Source: Mytilus trossulus (taxonomy: Eukaryota). From it: DNA of 64,000 bases. The notes beneath the pieces were generated by a model, which searched no databases, had not been told where the DNA came from, and saw only the letters and a list, made by a program, of their open reading frames with translations. Positions 11,704 to 24,604 of this stretch are shown here, piece after piece. The position numbers and the translations under genes are program-made. Every line of letters begins with the position of its first letter. The stretch's first letter is position 1. The stretch covers positions 43,152,001-43,216,000 of the forward strand of contig NC_086378.1 of the NCBI RefSeq assembly GCF_036588685.1, written 5' to 3'.

Positions 11704-13894
11704 GATCATCAGATCTTATAAATTAATAAAGAAACAAGAAAAAAATTGAGATATGAAAACTTATTTAGATTTGTTGCTCTTCTAGAAAAATTCAAAGATA
11801 TAGCATGGCATATGAATAAGATGGTGTGGGGTATATGTTAAAGAGTTATTAACACAATGATACAAATATCTGAAATACATTTGAGGTCAAAATAAAGTTT
11901 TCAACAAAGAAAGGTTTAATAATAAATACAATATGTCAATGTTTACATTGTTCATTGTCTAAATAAGGCCATGAATGAATCCAACAGACAGGAGTTGCCT
12001 CCCATTCATCAACTAGATATGCTCAGAAATGAAATGGTATGAATTAAAATCTGTTCTTTATTATGAATGGATTGATTACCAATCCACAATCATCATATTT
12101 ATTCCCTACAAAACAAAGTTCTTTAGGATTAACTGTTTTTGACCCGCAACCACAAAACAGAATTTCATGAAACTTTTTCATTTACTTAGGACATCTTATG
12201 TAGATGTGCATATCGACAAGATATTATGATTACTTTTTTTTTTTCAAGGAGTTAAACCTCTTTGAACATTGAATTCTAACCTTAACATAAAAATGTAATA
12301 GTTTGTCATTACAACTCCCCTGAAACCACACTATAGAATTAAATGAAACTATGTATATAATAAGGACATACTATGTAGATGGTAATATCCACAAAATTTT
12401 TTTATCAGTTCACTTTTGAAGGAACTGTGAAATTTTGTTTCAAAAGTGTGATAATTTATGACTTAGGACATATGAGCATGCTCTCAAAGGTTCTTTATAG
12501 TCAATAGTCAATAAAAAAAACCCTCATATTATGTAGCCCTGATCAGGGTATCATAATTATGTCTATATCTGGCAGCATACTTACTACTATCAGATCCACA
12601 ATCCGGCTTTCTCCCTTTTACAGGATCTTACAGGGCAAAAATATAATTTATCAGTAATTTGAAATTAGATATATTTTTGGGGGTATTTTATTGTACAGTA
12701 GTGTCTTTAATGTTTTACAATACATTTGAAATTAAAATTTGCTTTTACAAACTATTAGAAATTATTATAGATTAAGGAATGTATCTCCCTCATGCAAAGC
12801 TCTGATTCCTTTCAACTATTTGGCTATACTTTTTGGACCTTTTGGTTTCCTCGAATAATGTTAGTTGGTTTGGTCAGTGCAAACAAAAGAAGCTTAAAGA
12901 ATTGTGAATGCACATTGTAATTTTGTCCATTTAGTACATTTTTTCTGATATGTGAGATTACTTGTCATGATGAACAAAAATTGGTTGTTAGTTCACAATT
13001 GAAATCCATGAGTAAACAACAATTATCTACTTTCCTTTTCATTCAGTAATGTACTTTTTTTTCTTCTCAAAAACAGCATTTCTATAATAATATTAGTTGA
13101 GCTTACTAAAAGTGGGTGTGAAAATATGAACAGAAAATGTTTGTAAAAAACCTTCTTACATTCATATACAGATCTGAGTATACATTTAAAAGCTTGAATT
13201 CTAAATTGTCTGGTGCTATTCCAATGTGTCTTCCATTACTCTTTCTTGTGAAGATTTTGTTAAACCTGTTCAGTCACTCTGAAGTGTTGCAATTTAAATT
13301 TAGACACAACATATAAAGAGTAACTAAAGAGGTGCCGCCATTACACGAGAGAAGCTAAATACAAGAAAACAAATACACATTAAACAGATAAAAATAGATG
13401 GAGATGTGGTTTGAATGTCAGTAGATGGACAGTTATTCATAGACAAAGAGCAAATATGTTAACAAATTACAGGTTACTATTTTGCTTCAATATTTCATAT
13501 ATCGGTCAAGATTGAAAAATAATTGACATCACATGATTGCAAAAGTCATGAATAGCAAAAGTTGAGTTACATCCATTAAAATGTTTGAAATAAATTAGAT
13601 GTTTACAAGCAATGTGCTTTCTGATAAACTACAAAACAGTTATCAATCTGCTGTTACAGATCAATGTGATGTTTACAACATTGTGACGAAATTTTAAATG
13701 ACATAATGCAGCCTGTGATGTCAAGTTTGAGCTGCCGTGAATCAGGGTGTATCGGTACTACTAACAGCTTTGCCATTTTAAGGTTTTCTCCATCTACTAT
13801 AGTTACTGCAAAAAAATAAAACAATTGGTACGAATTGACTTTCGAGGGCTACTTCTAATAAGAGGTCAATTGACAATTTCGGTCATGATGACTT

Positions 13895-14168
13895 AGTTTA
13901 AACATATATTTATAGTGGAATGAGACACAAATTATTGGGACTTATATTAATCCCTTTGCACTTTACTGGTGCGAGTTCTGCCTTGTAGCGGCATTATCCT
14001 GCTCTTTTTCGAAATCTACAAGGGCGTCTTTTTTTTGTGAAAGAGATTTGACTCTTAAAACAGATCAGCCACAATCACCGTTCTAATCAGACGGGACTAT
14101 CTCAAGATCATACTCGTAAATGGTTTCAAGAGAGCCGACAATTCAGTTCCGAAACGGGGATCGAATCT
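13895..14168 (-). mobile_element. Degraded copy of the SINE at 5508-5860
   Basis: Colinear similarity (agtttaaacat...gtgcgagt..tgccttgtagc..cattatcc...gaaatctacaaggg...). Confidence 0.75.
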
Positions 14169-14947
14169 TTGACTTATTTGTAAGTCTTTGCAAAACATGA
14201 ACTTTCTAATGTTGATATGCTTCAATCATAAGTTCTGTTAAAAATTTTCAAGGGCAATAACTTCCTTTATCTTCCTGGTCGTGATAACTTATATCACTGC
14301 TGAAAATTTTGCAACATAGTGTATATCACAGTGTATGCAAAACAAAAACTAAAAACTAAAAAAAAACTGAACTCCGAGGAAAGTCCCAAATCGAATAGCA
14401 AAATCAAAAGCTCAAACACTTTTAACGAACGGACAACAACTTTCATATTCCTGATTGGTACAGACATTTTTTTATGTAGTAAGTGGTGGACAGTTTGCAT
14501 AAAATTCCATTATATTGACAACGATGTGTGAACATAACAAATAGACGTACTAGGTACAAATTTCAAACGTATGTATACAGCAGCCAACATTGTGTTATAA
14601 CACAAAAAAGTACAGATACACGCCAAATGGATATCACCCAAAACTGACTAAACAGGAAAAGTGATATTCATAAAGACAAATTAAAGAATACTATAACACG
14701 TTAATAAGATGATAAACAGCATCTCTCAAGGACTGATTCTTTTTAAATTCAACAATTCAATTATTGATTTTGGTCAGTTTGACTTATTTGGTGATTTTAA
14801 CGTGCTGAACATGTAGACAGTTTAACATTTTCTTTTTATCTATGTATTATATTTACTTCAACATAACATTGGCACATTGAGTGCCACGATATCTGAGTAG
14901 GAGTTCGAATCCCGGCAAGGGAAGACAGACCTAACATTGTTAGGCTA

Positions 14948-15146
14948 AACAAGTTTAAATTGAAAACAACGTTTTAACATATGATAGCGTTGGATAAAAT
15001 CGCAATTTTTATGTGCATGCAAAACAAATTTCATGGTAGAGGGGTCTAAATACATCACAAACAAAATTTTCCAAAAGACCTAAAAAAGTGAAATGTATAT
15101 TTTAACAAAACGCTTTTGACTAGCAGGTCGAACACCCGATGTTTTT
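14948..15146. repeat. Diverged fragment of the hammerhead-bearing tandem family at 38046-39306
   Basis: aaattgaaaac.acgtt...gcgttggataaaa...ggggtctaaa...ttttccaaaagacc...ggtcgaaca is shared. Confidence 0.75.
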
Positions 15147-15326
15147 GAAAAATCTTAGTAGCACTTGTAAGCCTATTATTTTACGAAGAAAATTATCATC
15201 AAATGACTTCATACAAGAGTTGTAAACTTTGTATAAAAGTGACACCTAACATCCACGTATTCCAACATCAATCCGAATTCCGATAGCAAACAATCTTATT
15301 CGGAAGACTCCGTATACATACTATAA

Positions 15327-16101
15327 CTGCGAGTACTCTCAAATCGTATTTTCTTGTTAATTCGACCTGTTGACACTGTTTATAAGGCTTTTTTGTTATT
15401 TTTTATTTATATGGATCTTGTCTGTACACCAGCTTTGATTATCTGTAATATCTTCAATTTTTCACTTATTCTTACAACATTTGTATAAACTTCAAGATTA
15501 TAAAAAAACGTTTTTTTTCTAAAGTGAACATTGATTGGTTAAATATTTCTCAGTGATGTCCTGTGTTCGAATTTGTTTGTTAGCTTTTTGGTCATAAATG
15601 TTTGTCTCTAATATTTAATTAACTGTGCATTTGTATTCAGATATCGCAGATCAAATTTATTCGTTCATTGTGTAATCATACGTTTTATTGATTGAGTTAA
15701 GTCTGCCAATTGATATTTTATCGTATGTTTTTCTATGTTGTGATGTTATGCTATTGTTTCAGAAAAAGGGAGAGGGTTTGGATCCACTAAAAGGTTTAAT
15801 CCCGCTGCAAATGTTTGCACCTGTCCTAAGTCAGGAATCTGATGTACAGTAGTTGTCGTTTGTTTATGTAATATATACGTGTTTCTCGTTTCTCGTTTTG
15901 TTTATATAGATTAGACCGTTGGTTTTCCCGTTTGAATGGTTTTACACTAGTAATTTTGGGGCCCTTTATAGCTTGTTGTTCGGTGTGAGCCAAGGCTCCG
16001 TGTTGAAGGCCGTACTTTAACCTATAATGGTTTACTTTTTAAATTGTTATTTGGATGGAGAGTTGTCTCATTGGCACTCACACCACATCTTCCTATATCT
16101 A
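15327..16101 (+). mobile_element. Interspersed non-coding retro-like repeat carrying a twister-like motif
   Basis: Boundaries defined by the interrupted MITE (tataa on both sides); its 3' ~350 bp is nearly identical to 24605-24953. Confidence 0.75.
15759..15842 (+). ncRNA. Twister-like ribozyme motif, type P5 (family B)
   Basis: TCAGA..GGGA GAGGG..T^AA TCCC GC TGCAAA/TTTGCA CCTG TCCTAAGT CAGG..TCTGA; stems P2-P5 and both pseudoknots can form. Confidence 0.65.
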
Positions 16102-17905
16102 TATAAGTATTTTATTGTAATTATATTACAAAATAATGATCACATGATGCTAATATTACTAGACTTGCAATTGCTTTAAATCAATCCATTGGGATTGATT
16201 TAAAGCAATTGCAAGTAATGGATTGATTTAAAGCAATTACAAGTCTAGTTATACTAGCATCATGTGATTAATATTTTGTAATATAATTTCAATAAAATAC
16301 TTATAGTATGTATACGGAGTCTTCCGAATAAGATTGATTGCTATCGGAATTCGGATAGATGTTGGAATACGTGGATGTTAGGTGTCACTTTTATATAAAA
16401 TAAATGTTGTAGTTTTGGAAAGCTAACAGATTACTCTTTCAAATTAATGCAATGTTAGTATTATGCAACAATTATGTAAATATAATGTTAACTGTGTCAA
16501 AAATATTTTTCACCAAATTTCCACTTTTATATGAAATTAGCTTCTGCATAGTTATCTCTTGATGGTTGATTTTATTATATGTTGTTCCTATGGCCATTTT
16601 CTACAAAAGGGTGTCTCAGATTTCAGATAGAATGTATAGAACAAATTTGACACCTATTTAAACATTATCTTTATATGTTGTTAGGATGTTTACACTAATT
16701 AGAGATTTATGAGAGAATGGAATACCATAGAGACAATCAATAATGATTGCATAATAAAAATATTGCATTCATTAAAAAGATTAATCTTTTATCTATCTAT
16801 ATATACCTCTTTTATTATTTTCTATGCATTCATAATACAGTTAAAGCATTTCAAAGGTTAGTGATTGGAAGTAAAATAATCTTTGTATTGTGCTACCTTA
16901 TCTTAAAACGACGATTTTAAACAATTTTAGATGATTGTATATTAACTTACAAACTGGACTTGATTCATCTCCGTTATAAGCGTTTGCAAGTCATTCTGAG
17001 TATTATAAGGCGAAAGTCATACTTATTCAAACAAAACTTGACATGTATGAGTTAGTGTGTATTAATTTCTGTTTGTAAATTATGACTATCAACCAAGTTG
17101 AGCGACATAATTGTAAAAAAAAGAAATAATGGGTAACATGAAATGCACGGGGCAAAAATAATTTAAAAATCAAGATCTACTTAAATTGAAATCAAAGTTG
17201 CAACACTATTCCTTTTTGAAGTGTTAAAGATTAAAAATTTCAAGGTTGATTTATGTTTTTAAACTGAGCATGACATACCTTTCTATTTATATACGAAATT
17301 GTACACTGCACACTCCAGTTCCCTTGTTTGGATAGAGTTATGTAATTAGATATATTTTTGGGGGTATTTTATTGTACTGGAGTGTCGTTAATATTTGACA
17401 ATACATTTGAACATACATTAAGCCAGATTTGTCCTCATTTATCTTTTCAATACGTACAGATATCTAGAATTTCCTCGAATGATGTTAGTTGGTTTGGTCA
17501 GTGCAAACAAAAGAAGCTTAAAGAATTGTGATCGCACATTGTACTTTTGTCCCTGTTTAACTAAGATTTTATCGCATATAGAACTTTAGCTCCCGTTCTT
17601 TAGTTTAACATCACATTGAAGATTTAATCCATATAATCATACTCACATTCACTAGGTCGTTTATTTTGTTTGCTGTAAATGTTACAAAAAAATTCTCACA
17701 CCAACAAAAACAAACCTTGTATAAAAGGTTTTTGTTAACTGTTCCCAGTCTTTTCTAGAGAAAAATTTGAATTTCAATCTCAACTGTAACTTAGCTATTT
17801 TCAAAATAAATTACGAATAGCCGATATGGTCCCTCTATATGGTAATTGAATCAATAAGTGAGAATGTGATAAGTTCATTTTGTTATGGTTCGTAATTCAA
17901 TTTAT

Positions 17906-18261
17906 TGTACATGCCATATTATGTCAACCTTCAGATGTTCACGTTGAATTCATGTGTACGTAACCACTACAGGTTCTCAGTGAGTTCCAGAGAGTACTAG
18001 TAACCCAGTAGCCAGTCCTTCGGAACTGGTACAATTGATGCAATACAATAAAATTAACGGTATCAATTTTCTTGCACCAGATGCGCATTTCGACAATACA
18101 TGTCTCTTCAGTGATGCTCGTGGCCAAAATATTGGAAATCCAAAGCTTACATAAAGATGAAGAGCTATAATCCAAAAGCTCCAAAAAGTATAGCCAAATC
18201 CGTGAAAGGAATCAGAGCTTTGCATGAGGGAGATACATTCCTTAATTTATAATACTTTCTA
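17906..18261 (-). repeat. 356-bp copy forming a long inverted repeat with 21773-22128; contains a hammerhead motif
   Basis: Reverse-complement near identity, also visible as near-identical spurious ORFs 17939..18184(-) and 21796..22095(+). Confidence 0.9.
18074..18117 (-). ncRNA. Minimal type I hammerhead ribozyme motif (intact core)
   Basis: Minus strand GCATCA CTGAAGA GACA tgtat TGTC GAA ATGCGCAT C^TGGTGC: CUGANGA/GAAA core, stems I and II, palindromic stem III, AUC triplet. Confidence 0.8.
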
Positions 18262-20247
18262 GATGGCATAGGAAATTATGTCGGTTTTATTTTGACATCT
18301 TCCGAACCATTAAAGATTTGCCCAGAAATAAATGATATTGCACACTGAATAATTATCATTGTTTTACATCTCATTAATTACATGTTTTTTATGTAAATTA
18401 TTATGGGTCGTTGTAGACGTTTTGAAAACACTTAAATTGTAGTTGACAAGTTTGAAGTTCGTTGTTTCAATCAACTTTGAGTAGCAGCTTTTTTCCCCCG
18501 GGTATATGACTCTTTAAAATTTGGAAACTTGCTTTTTTCATTTCGTTTCCACACTTTATTTTATTCTTTTTCTCATTCAAATTTTATGAAACTCATTCAC
18601 AATGCTGAGAACTAAACATAATGAATAGAGTTTGAATTTGGGCAGCTTGATGGGAGGCATTCGTGTCCTCGGGCATGTATTTATTTTATTTTTGAAAAAG
18701 AACTTAACTTGAGTATGTTAAATCTGTGTTACAACATTTATATCAGTTTAATGTAAGTAGATGATCAAAATATCACTGCCGGTTCATCAGTCCGAACAAA
18801 TTGAAGCCCTTTTAGTTCGAATTTTCCGATAATTTTTTCCAATTATTGTATATATATGAATTTAAAAGTACTGCTGACTTAACAAGGTCAGTTTACTGCA
18901 TAAATCATAGCCATTGAGTATGGAAAACATTGTGGTAAATGATTTATTCAATATAAAATGCATTTTATACATAAGTTATCCTTCGGCAAAAATAAGTCTT
19001 AAATAATCTGAATTGTTGGTATAATTGTTGAACGTTGAATACTTGGGATCTTGTGAGTGCATTGTCATTAAAATATGATGTATAAATCTGTCAACTCAAC
19101 TATTCATTTTCTGTCACATGTATTTATGTTTTGAAAGAAGAAAGAAATGAAAAGGCGTCATAGAAGTACACACATAGGAAAACCAAACACTGGCGGATGA
19201 TAATGTCTCGTAGAGAAAATCTAAAAAAATGTACCTTTCTATTATGGAATTTATTTTTTAAATACATAATTCTAAAGATTAAGAAAAAAAGACTGAATAA
19301 GAAGTTGATATAAGCGCACTGTTTTCTCTCGATCGAAATTTTGGGTTCTCAGGGAACCTCAATTTCGTCCTTTATTATTTTTATTCGAGCGTACAAAGTT
19401 TTAAGCCTAATATCTATGATGCGTTTATTAACACCACTGTGTCGACGTTAATGCTAGTGGAGCTTTCCTCCCCGAGGATTTAACCAACCCTACATTTTGC
19501 CCTTCTGTGTTGACATGAGTTATCATTTACATGGTAACAATCACTATTTACAAAACTTTAACTTTTGCGAAATACTTCGGATTTTGTACCACAATAATAT
19601 ATCACCTTAGACATATTTGGCAATAATTTTCGTAATTTTAGTCCTAAATGCTTTTCAACTTCGAACTTTATTTGTCCATATATTTTTAGTTCATCACTGT
19701 GCTATGTTTTTTTTTGTAGACGAAACGACACTCGTCTGGCTTTCAAATTTAAAGCCTGGTATTTATGATGAGTTTACTAATACGTTTTTCCACCCACCAT
19801 GCAAGTTTGCATCTCTCTATCAATCTGTGTGGAAACAAATCTTTGAAACCAGGACAGTATTTAGATTAATCATATCTACAAAATATCTCTCGAACATATG
19901 GGAAAGTGCTTTAAAATTGATTATTTTCATACCTTATATTGATAATGGGTGGTCTTGTATGAAATATTTTATTGTTATATCCAAGACGAAATAAAAATAT
20001 AGCCAGCATTGCGAGGTAGTTATTCTTATTTTCATTTCTCTCTTTTTTTTTCTTCAAGTTTTTCAACATTTCAAGTTTTAATCTTTGATTTTTTTAAAAT
20101 CTAAACTTCAACAAAGTGACGATTTATAAACCCTCTAAAGACTTTATAGGTGCATGCTGATTGATTGTTTTTTTCAAGAATTCCGTAATATTCATGAGAA
20201 TATTACGGAATTCTTGCAAGATCCGGGGATATTTGTACACATAACAC

Positions 20248-20840
20248 ATAAAAGAGGGACGAAAGATACCAAAGGGACAGTCAAACTCATAAATCTAAAT
20301 AAACTGACAACACCATGGCTAAAAATGAAAAAAGACAAACAGACAAACAATATTACACATGACACGACATAGAAAACTCAAGAATAAACAACACGAACCC
20401 AACCAAAAACTAGGGGTGATCTCGGGTGCTCCGGAAGGGTAAGCAGATCCTGCTCCACATGTGGCACCCGTCTTGTTGCTTATGTGATTACAAATCCAGT
20501 AAATAGTCTAATTCGGTAGGTCACATTCATGAAAGGGAAGGGGACTGTAGTTACGACGTAAGGAACATATCCGATATCATTTGTGAAACGGTTATTCCAT
20601 AAAGGTCAACCAACTCGTGATGGCGTCCGTAAAATTTACGAAGGGATGATTTCAACTTCACCATTTGGAACTCTTGGTTTAATAGCTTCCTTGTGAGCAG
20701 CAACCCTCTATCAAGAAAATCATGATGGGAAATGCAAGCACGGGAATATCGTATCAATTGGGAGATATATACCCCGTATGCAGGTGCTGCTGGAATGTTG
20801 CTACTTAGAAATGGAAAGTTCACAATTGGAAAGCTGAAAA
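20248..20840 (-). mobile_element. Penelope-like retroelement 3' fragment (RT C-terminal region + 3' UTR)
   Basis: ORF 20551..20823 NFPFLSSNIPAAPAYGVYISQLIRYSRAC...KLLNQ...LRKFYGRHHELV; similar 3' ends at 34175-34215, 36448-36655 and 39850-40190. Confidence 0.75.
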
Positions 20841-21615
20841 TCTGCGAGTAAACGTTCTTAAGTTTGTATTGAAAGCATCATATCTCCAATTGCAAGTCCT
20901 TTCCTAAAAAATATATGTTGGTGAAACATATATTGTCGTTCTTTTGAACTAGGTTGTATTCAGCGTAGAAAATATCATTGATTTTTTTCAATATGCACTT
21001 TGGCAAATACATACACAAAATCTTTTTTTTTATCAGTATATTGAACAAATAATAAATGTGGTCCTGTGAAATTCGGAGCATGATTTTATTTAAAATCAGG
21101 TAAATATCGAAAGAAATTCAGATGATTTGGGTGTATGAAGCTGTGAAAAAGCACCACTTCATTCCAAAAGGGGAAAATGCGAAATTGCAATCTTAGACAT
21201 TTTGACTTTATGCAAGTTTGAGGGTATTCTTGTTCATTTGTATAATTTAATTCTTGTAATATTTGCAATCAGTCGAAGATTTTAAAGCATGAAATTCAAC
21301 ACTTCAGAGGTTTATTATTTATCCATCGTTTCACTATGCAGTTAAAAGTAGCAATAATAATAATAATAAAAAAAGATGAAAATTTTAGACCTGCTTTTTA
21401 TAGTTGTAATCTCTGTCCTGTCTATTTATATTTTACTCTATTCGGACCTGTCTTAGTTTTTCCTGACTTTTGTTTACACAAAATGAAAACCTATTATTAT
21501 GCCTGTATTCTATGCTCTGTACAAGGCTTTTCGAGAAACACGATATTAAATTTGTTGAAAATTAATTATTTTGAATGCAATTTCTTAGTTAATCTGGGTT
21601 TCGGTAAATTAAATT

Positions 21616-21990
21616 TCTAGTGCAGAAAAATTGGTACCGTTAATGTTATTACTACCACAGGGTCGATGCCTCTGCTGGTGGACTGTTAGTCCCCGAGGGT
21701 ATCACCAGCCCAGTAGCCAGTACTTCGGTACTGGCATGAAAATACGGATTGTTTGTTGCTGTTACAAATTGTTAGAAATTATTATAAATTAAGGAATGTA
21801 TCTCCTCATGCAAAGCTCTGATTCCTTTTACGGATTTGGCTATACTTTTTGGACCTTTTGGATTATAGCTCTTCATCTTTTATATAAACTTTGGATTTCA
21901 AATATTTTGGCCACGAGCATCACAGAAGAGACTTGTTTTGTCGAAATGCGCATCTGGTGCAGAAAAATTGGTACCGTTAATTTTATTGTA
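21616..21990 (+). mobile_element. Terminally redundant ~337-nt hammerhead-bearing monomer (retrozyme/Penelope LTR-like); core mutated
   Basis: tct(a/g)gtgcagaaaaattggtaccgttaat occurs at 21616 and 21953; hammerhead at 21917-21960 has CAGAAGA instead of CTGAAGA. Confidence 0.7.
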
Positions 21991-23091
21991 TTGCATCAAT
22001 TGTACCAGTTCCGAAGGACTGGCTACTGGGTTACTAGTACTCTCTGGAACTCACTGAGAACCTGTAGTGGTTACGTACACATGAATTCAACGTGAACATC
22101 TGAAGGTTGACATAATATGGCATGTACATTTCAAACATGCAGACACGTCTGCTTAAACAAGAAGCTACAGAAATTTTATTGAAAAAAAAAATGTCATTCA
22201 CACACACACAATCGAGTGCTTCTGAGAAAACAAATCAGTTACGATTTTTGTGAATAAAAGAAAAAAGTAGATCCTTGCTTGACGAATTTCGTACCGTGAT
22301 TCCAATTGTGAAATGAACAGACAATTCGTTTTATCATCACCAGTCATAAGATACTGACATAATCAGTTAGTACTTACAGATCGAAGGAAAATATGTACAA
22401 ACTATGTACAATCATATATGTCATCTAATAGAGGTAATAAGATGAATTATATTGTTAATACGATATTAATACTTTGAAAGATACCTTAAAGAAAAGGCCT
22501 AAAATATATCCCCCTTTACCCTATCTCCCGATTAAACATCTACCCATACTCTTCTTAAATGATCATCTATCCCCTATATTGTTCGATATTTTTTATATCC
22601 GGTAGATCAAACATCGGAATTCTCAGAAAATCTGATAGCTAATTTTAAACAATTTATGATTATATAATATAAAAGTTTATCACAAATTATGTGTATCACA
22701 AATTATGTGCATATGATTTAAATTTCAAGGATATTTCAAATTTTTTAACACAGACACAGAAATGAAAAGTAAGTAGAGATTTAAGAATCATTTAACACAA
22801 TTATGTGTTTGTGTTAACAAAAGAACATAGAACTCTTTAATTGTGAACATTTTGGATAAATTTAACCGAATATATTGAGTGCATTCGATCTTCCTCGTCG
22901 TTTACTAATATTGTTTTCTATCAAATTTGTGTTCGTTTTTTGGTAAAAATGTGAAAATTAATTTAAATGTTTAAATCAAAGTAACACAATGAAATTACAT
23001 GCTATTTGAAAGAAAACAAATTGGCCTTTCCTTTTTCATAAAGGTTTTCGATGAAATTATCAAAATAAGTGTGCCCTGTAAAGAATATCAG

Positions 23092-23226
23092 GGTTGAGTT
23101 CAATATCGTAGCAGCAACGTGGTACGTAGCTGCCATCAAAATCTATGTAGCAACTAGTCTATAGCTACAGTTCAATAGTCAAAATCTACTTAGTACCACG
23201 TAGCTGCTACGCTATTGAACTCAACC
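23092..23226. mobile_element. Small MITE, 34-bp TIR, CAG TSD (PIF/Harbinger-like)
   Basis: ggttgagttcaata(t/g)cgtagcagc(a/t)acgtggtac is mirrored; CAG at 23089-23091 and 23227-23229. Confidence 0.8.
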
Positions 23227-24511
23227 CAGGTGTTTGTATGGTGCTATTGGGGTCAGAAAAATTCGATGATCGTCAACGCCAAAAGGGATGTTTAACTGAT
23301 ATAGTTTCTCTCGGTATGTATATATTACACACAGTATTTATAGTTATTCAACTGCAAAATAAAAATAAAAACTACATACGATATCTAGTGCAGTTTATAA
23401 GATATCTGTAAAAGTACATAATATATCGTATTTACTTTATACGTGCTTATATAACTTTTATAAATTTCATACAAGCTGATATGATTGATTTCTCTATAAT
23501 TTGCATATTTTTGCTTCGATGATTATTCGCTGATAATGCCAATACCACTGGACTAGTGGTTTAAGAATAATCGCATCAGTTCGCAATTATCATGCGCGAA
23601 ATCCATCACGAAAGGTTCCACTTTTCCCTTTCATTTGCCTGATTGGTTTTTTGCAGAAGCACACGAATGTGTTTGTGAATGAAATATTTGTCACAGTTTC
23701 AATAATAATTCTGTAGGTTTTTGTTTATGCAGACTTGCATGCATGCATGGTATGAGAAGTAAAACAGAACTAAAATTGACTGAAAATCAGATCAAGTAGG
23801 GAATTGCATTCAAAATAATTGACTTTCTTCGATTCAAATATCACGTCCGTCATAAAAAAAAAACCTGTACGAAACATATTCATTATGGTTACACTAAAAA
23901 TAAAATTAGCAAATTAAGAGCGCCACCCGTTCGATAATAATTTGTAGAACTACCATATCATTATAACGTGGCGTTGGATAAACGCCAATGGTACATATAT
24001 CACTAGAGATAAGAAAAACAACTGCTTAGATCGACCTTTGTCTTTCAATATTTAATATCCCTGGTCCGGGTTGAAAATTACTGACATGATCTTACAAAAT
24101 CATGATAAGCGATAGAAAACAAACAGGAAGGTAACATCTATTAAATCATTTGAAAAAGTGAAATGATTTCTGATAACCTACAGACTCGATGCCCAAATCA
24201 GAATAAATTACAGTGTCTGCTTACTCGGGGCTTTCCTAAAATAAACGTGATCGTTAAATATAAGTGTGATATTGAAACAGATTATCCATCCGATTACAAG
24301 CAAGTAAGTTAAAGATTTTAAAGCTGCTGGTTTGTTTTCTTCTCATAAACAGACAAATCATGAAAAGTGGTTTTTTAAACAATGTAAGCTGATTCAGATC
24401 GAGCATACAAGATGCAGATCCGGGATTTTGAAAAAGGGGGAAACAACTGGACTAGGCAACTTATGTGTGAGACATATATACTTGTTTGGCTTTATAACTA
24501 TTTTGATTTGA

Positions 24512-24555
24512 GCGTCACTGATGAGTTTTATGTAGACGAAACGCGCGTCTGGCGT
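24512..24555 (+). ncRNA. Minimal type I hammerhead ribozyme motif (intact core)
   Basis: GCGTCA CTGATGA GTTT tatgt AGAC GAA ACGCGCGT C^TGGCGT; GUC triplet, palindromic stem III. Confidence 0.8.
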
Positions 24556-24604
24556 ATTTAATTATAAGCCTGGTACATTTGATAACTAATTATAAAGCCT
24601 ATGC

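Larger units (their letters stand above)
15232..16395. mobile_element. Fold-back (fully palindromic) MITE whose left arm is interrupted by a ~775-bp insertion (15327-16101)
   Basis: 15232-15326 is the reverse complement of 16301-16395; 16102-16300 is itself palindromic; removing 15327-16101 restores a ~390-bp hairpin with TA ends. Confidence 0.85.

Noticed and set aside
17939-22095. Paralogous small proteins from ORFs 17939..18184, 17977..18225 and 21796..22095
   Set aside because: Their similarity comes from the inverted non-coding repeat; frames differ between copies
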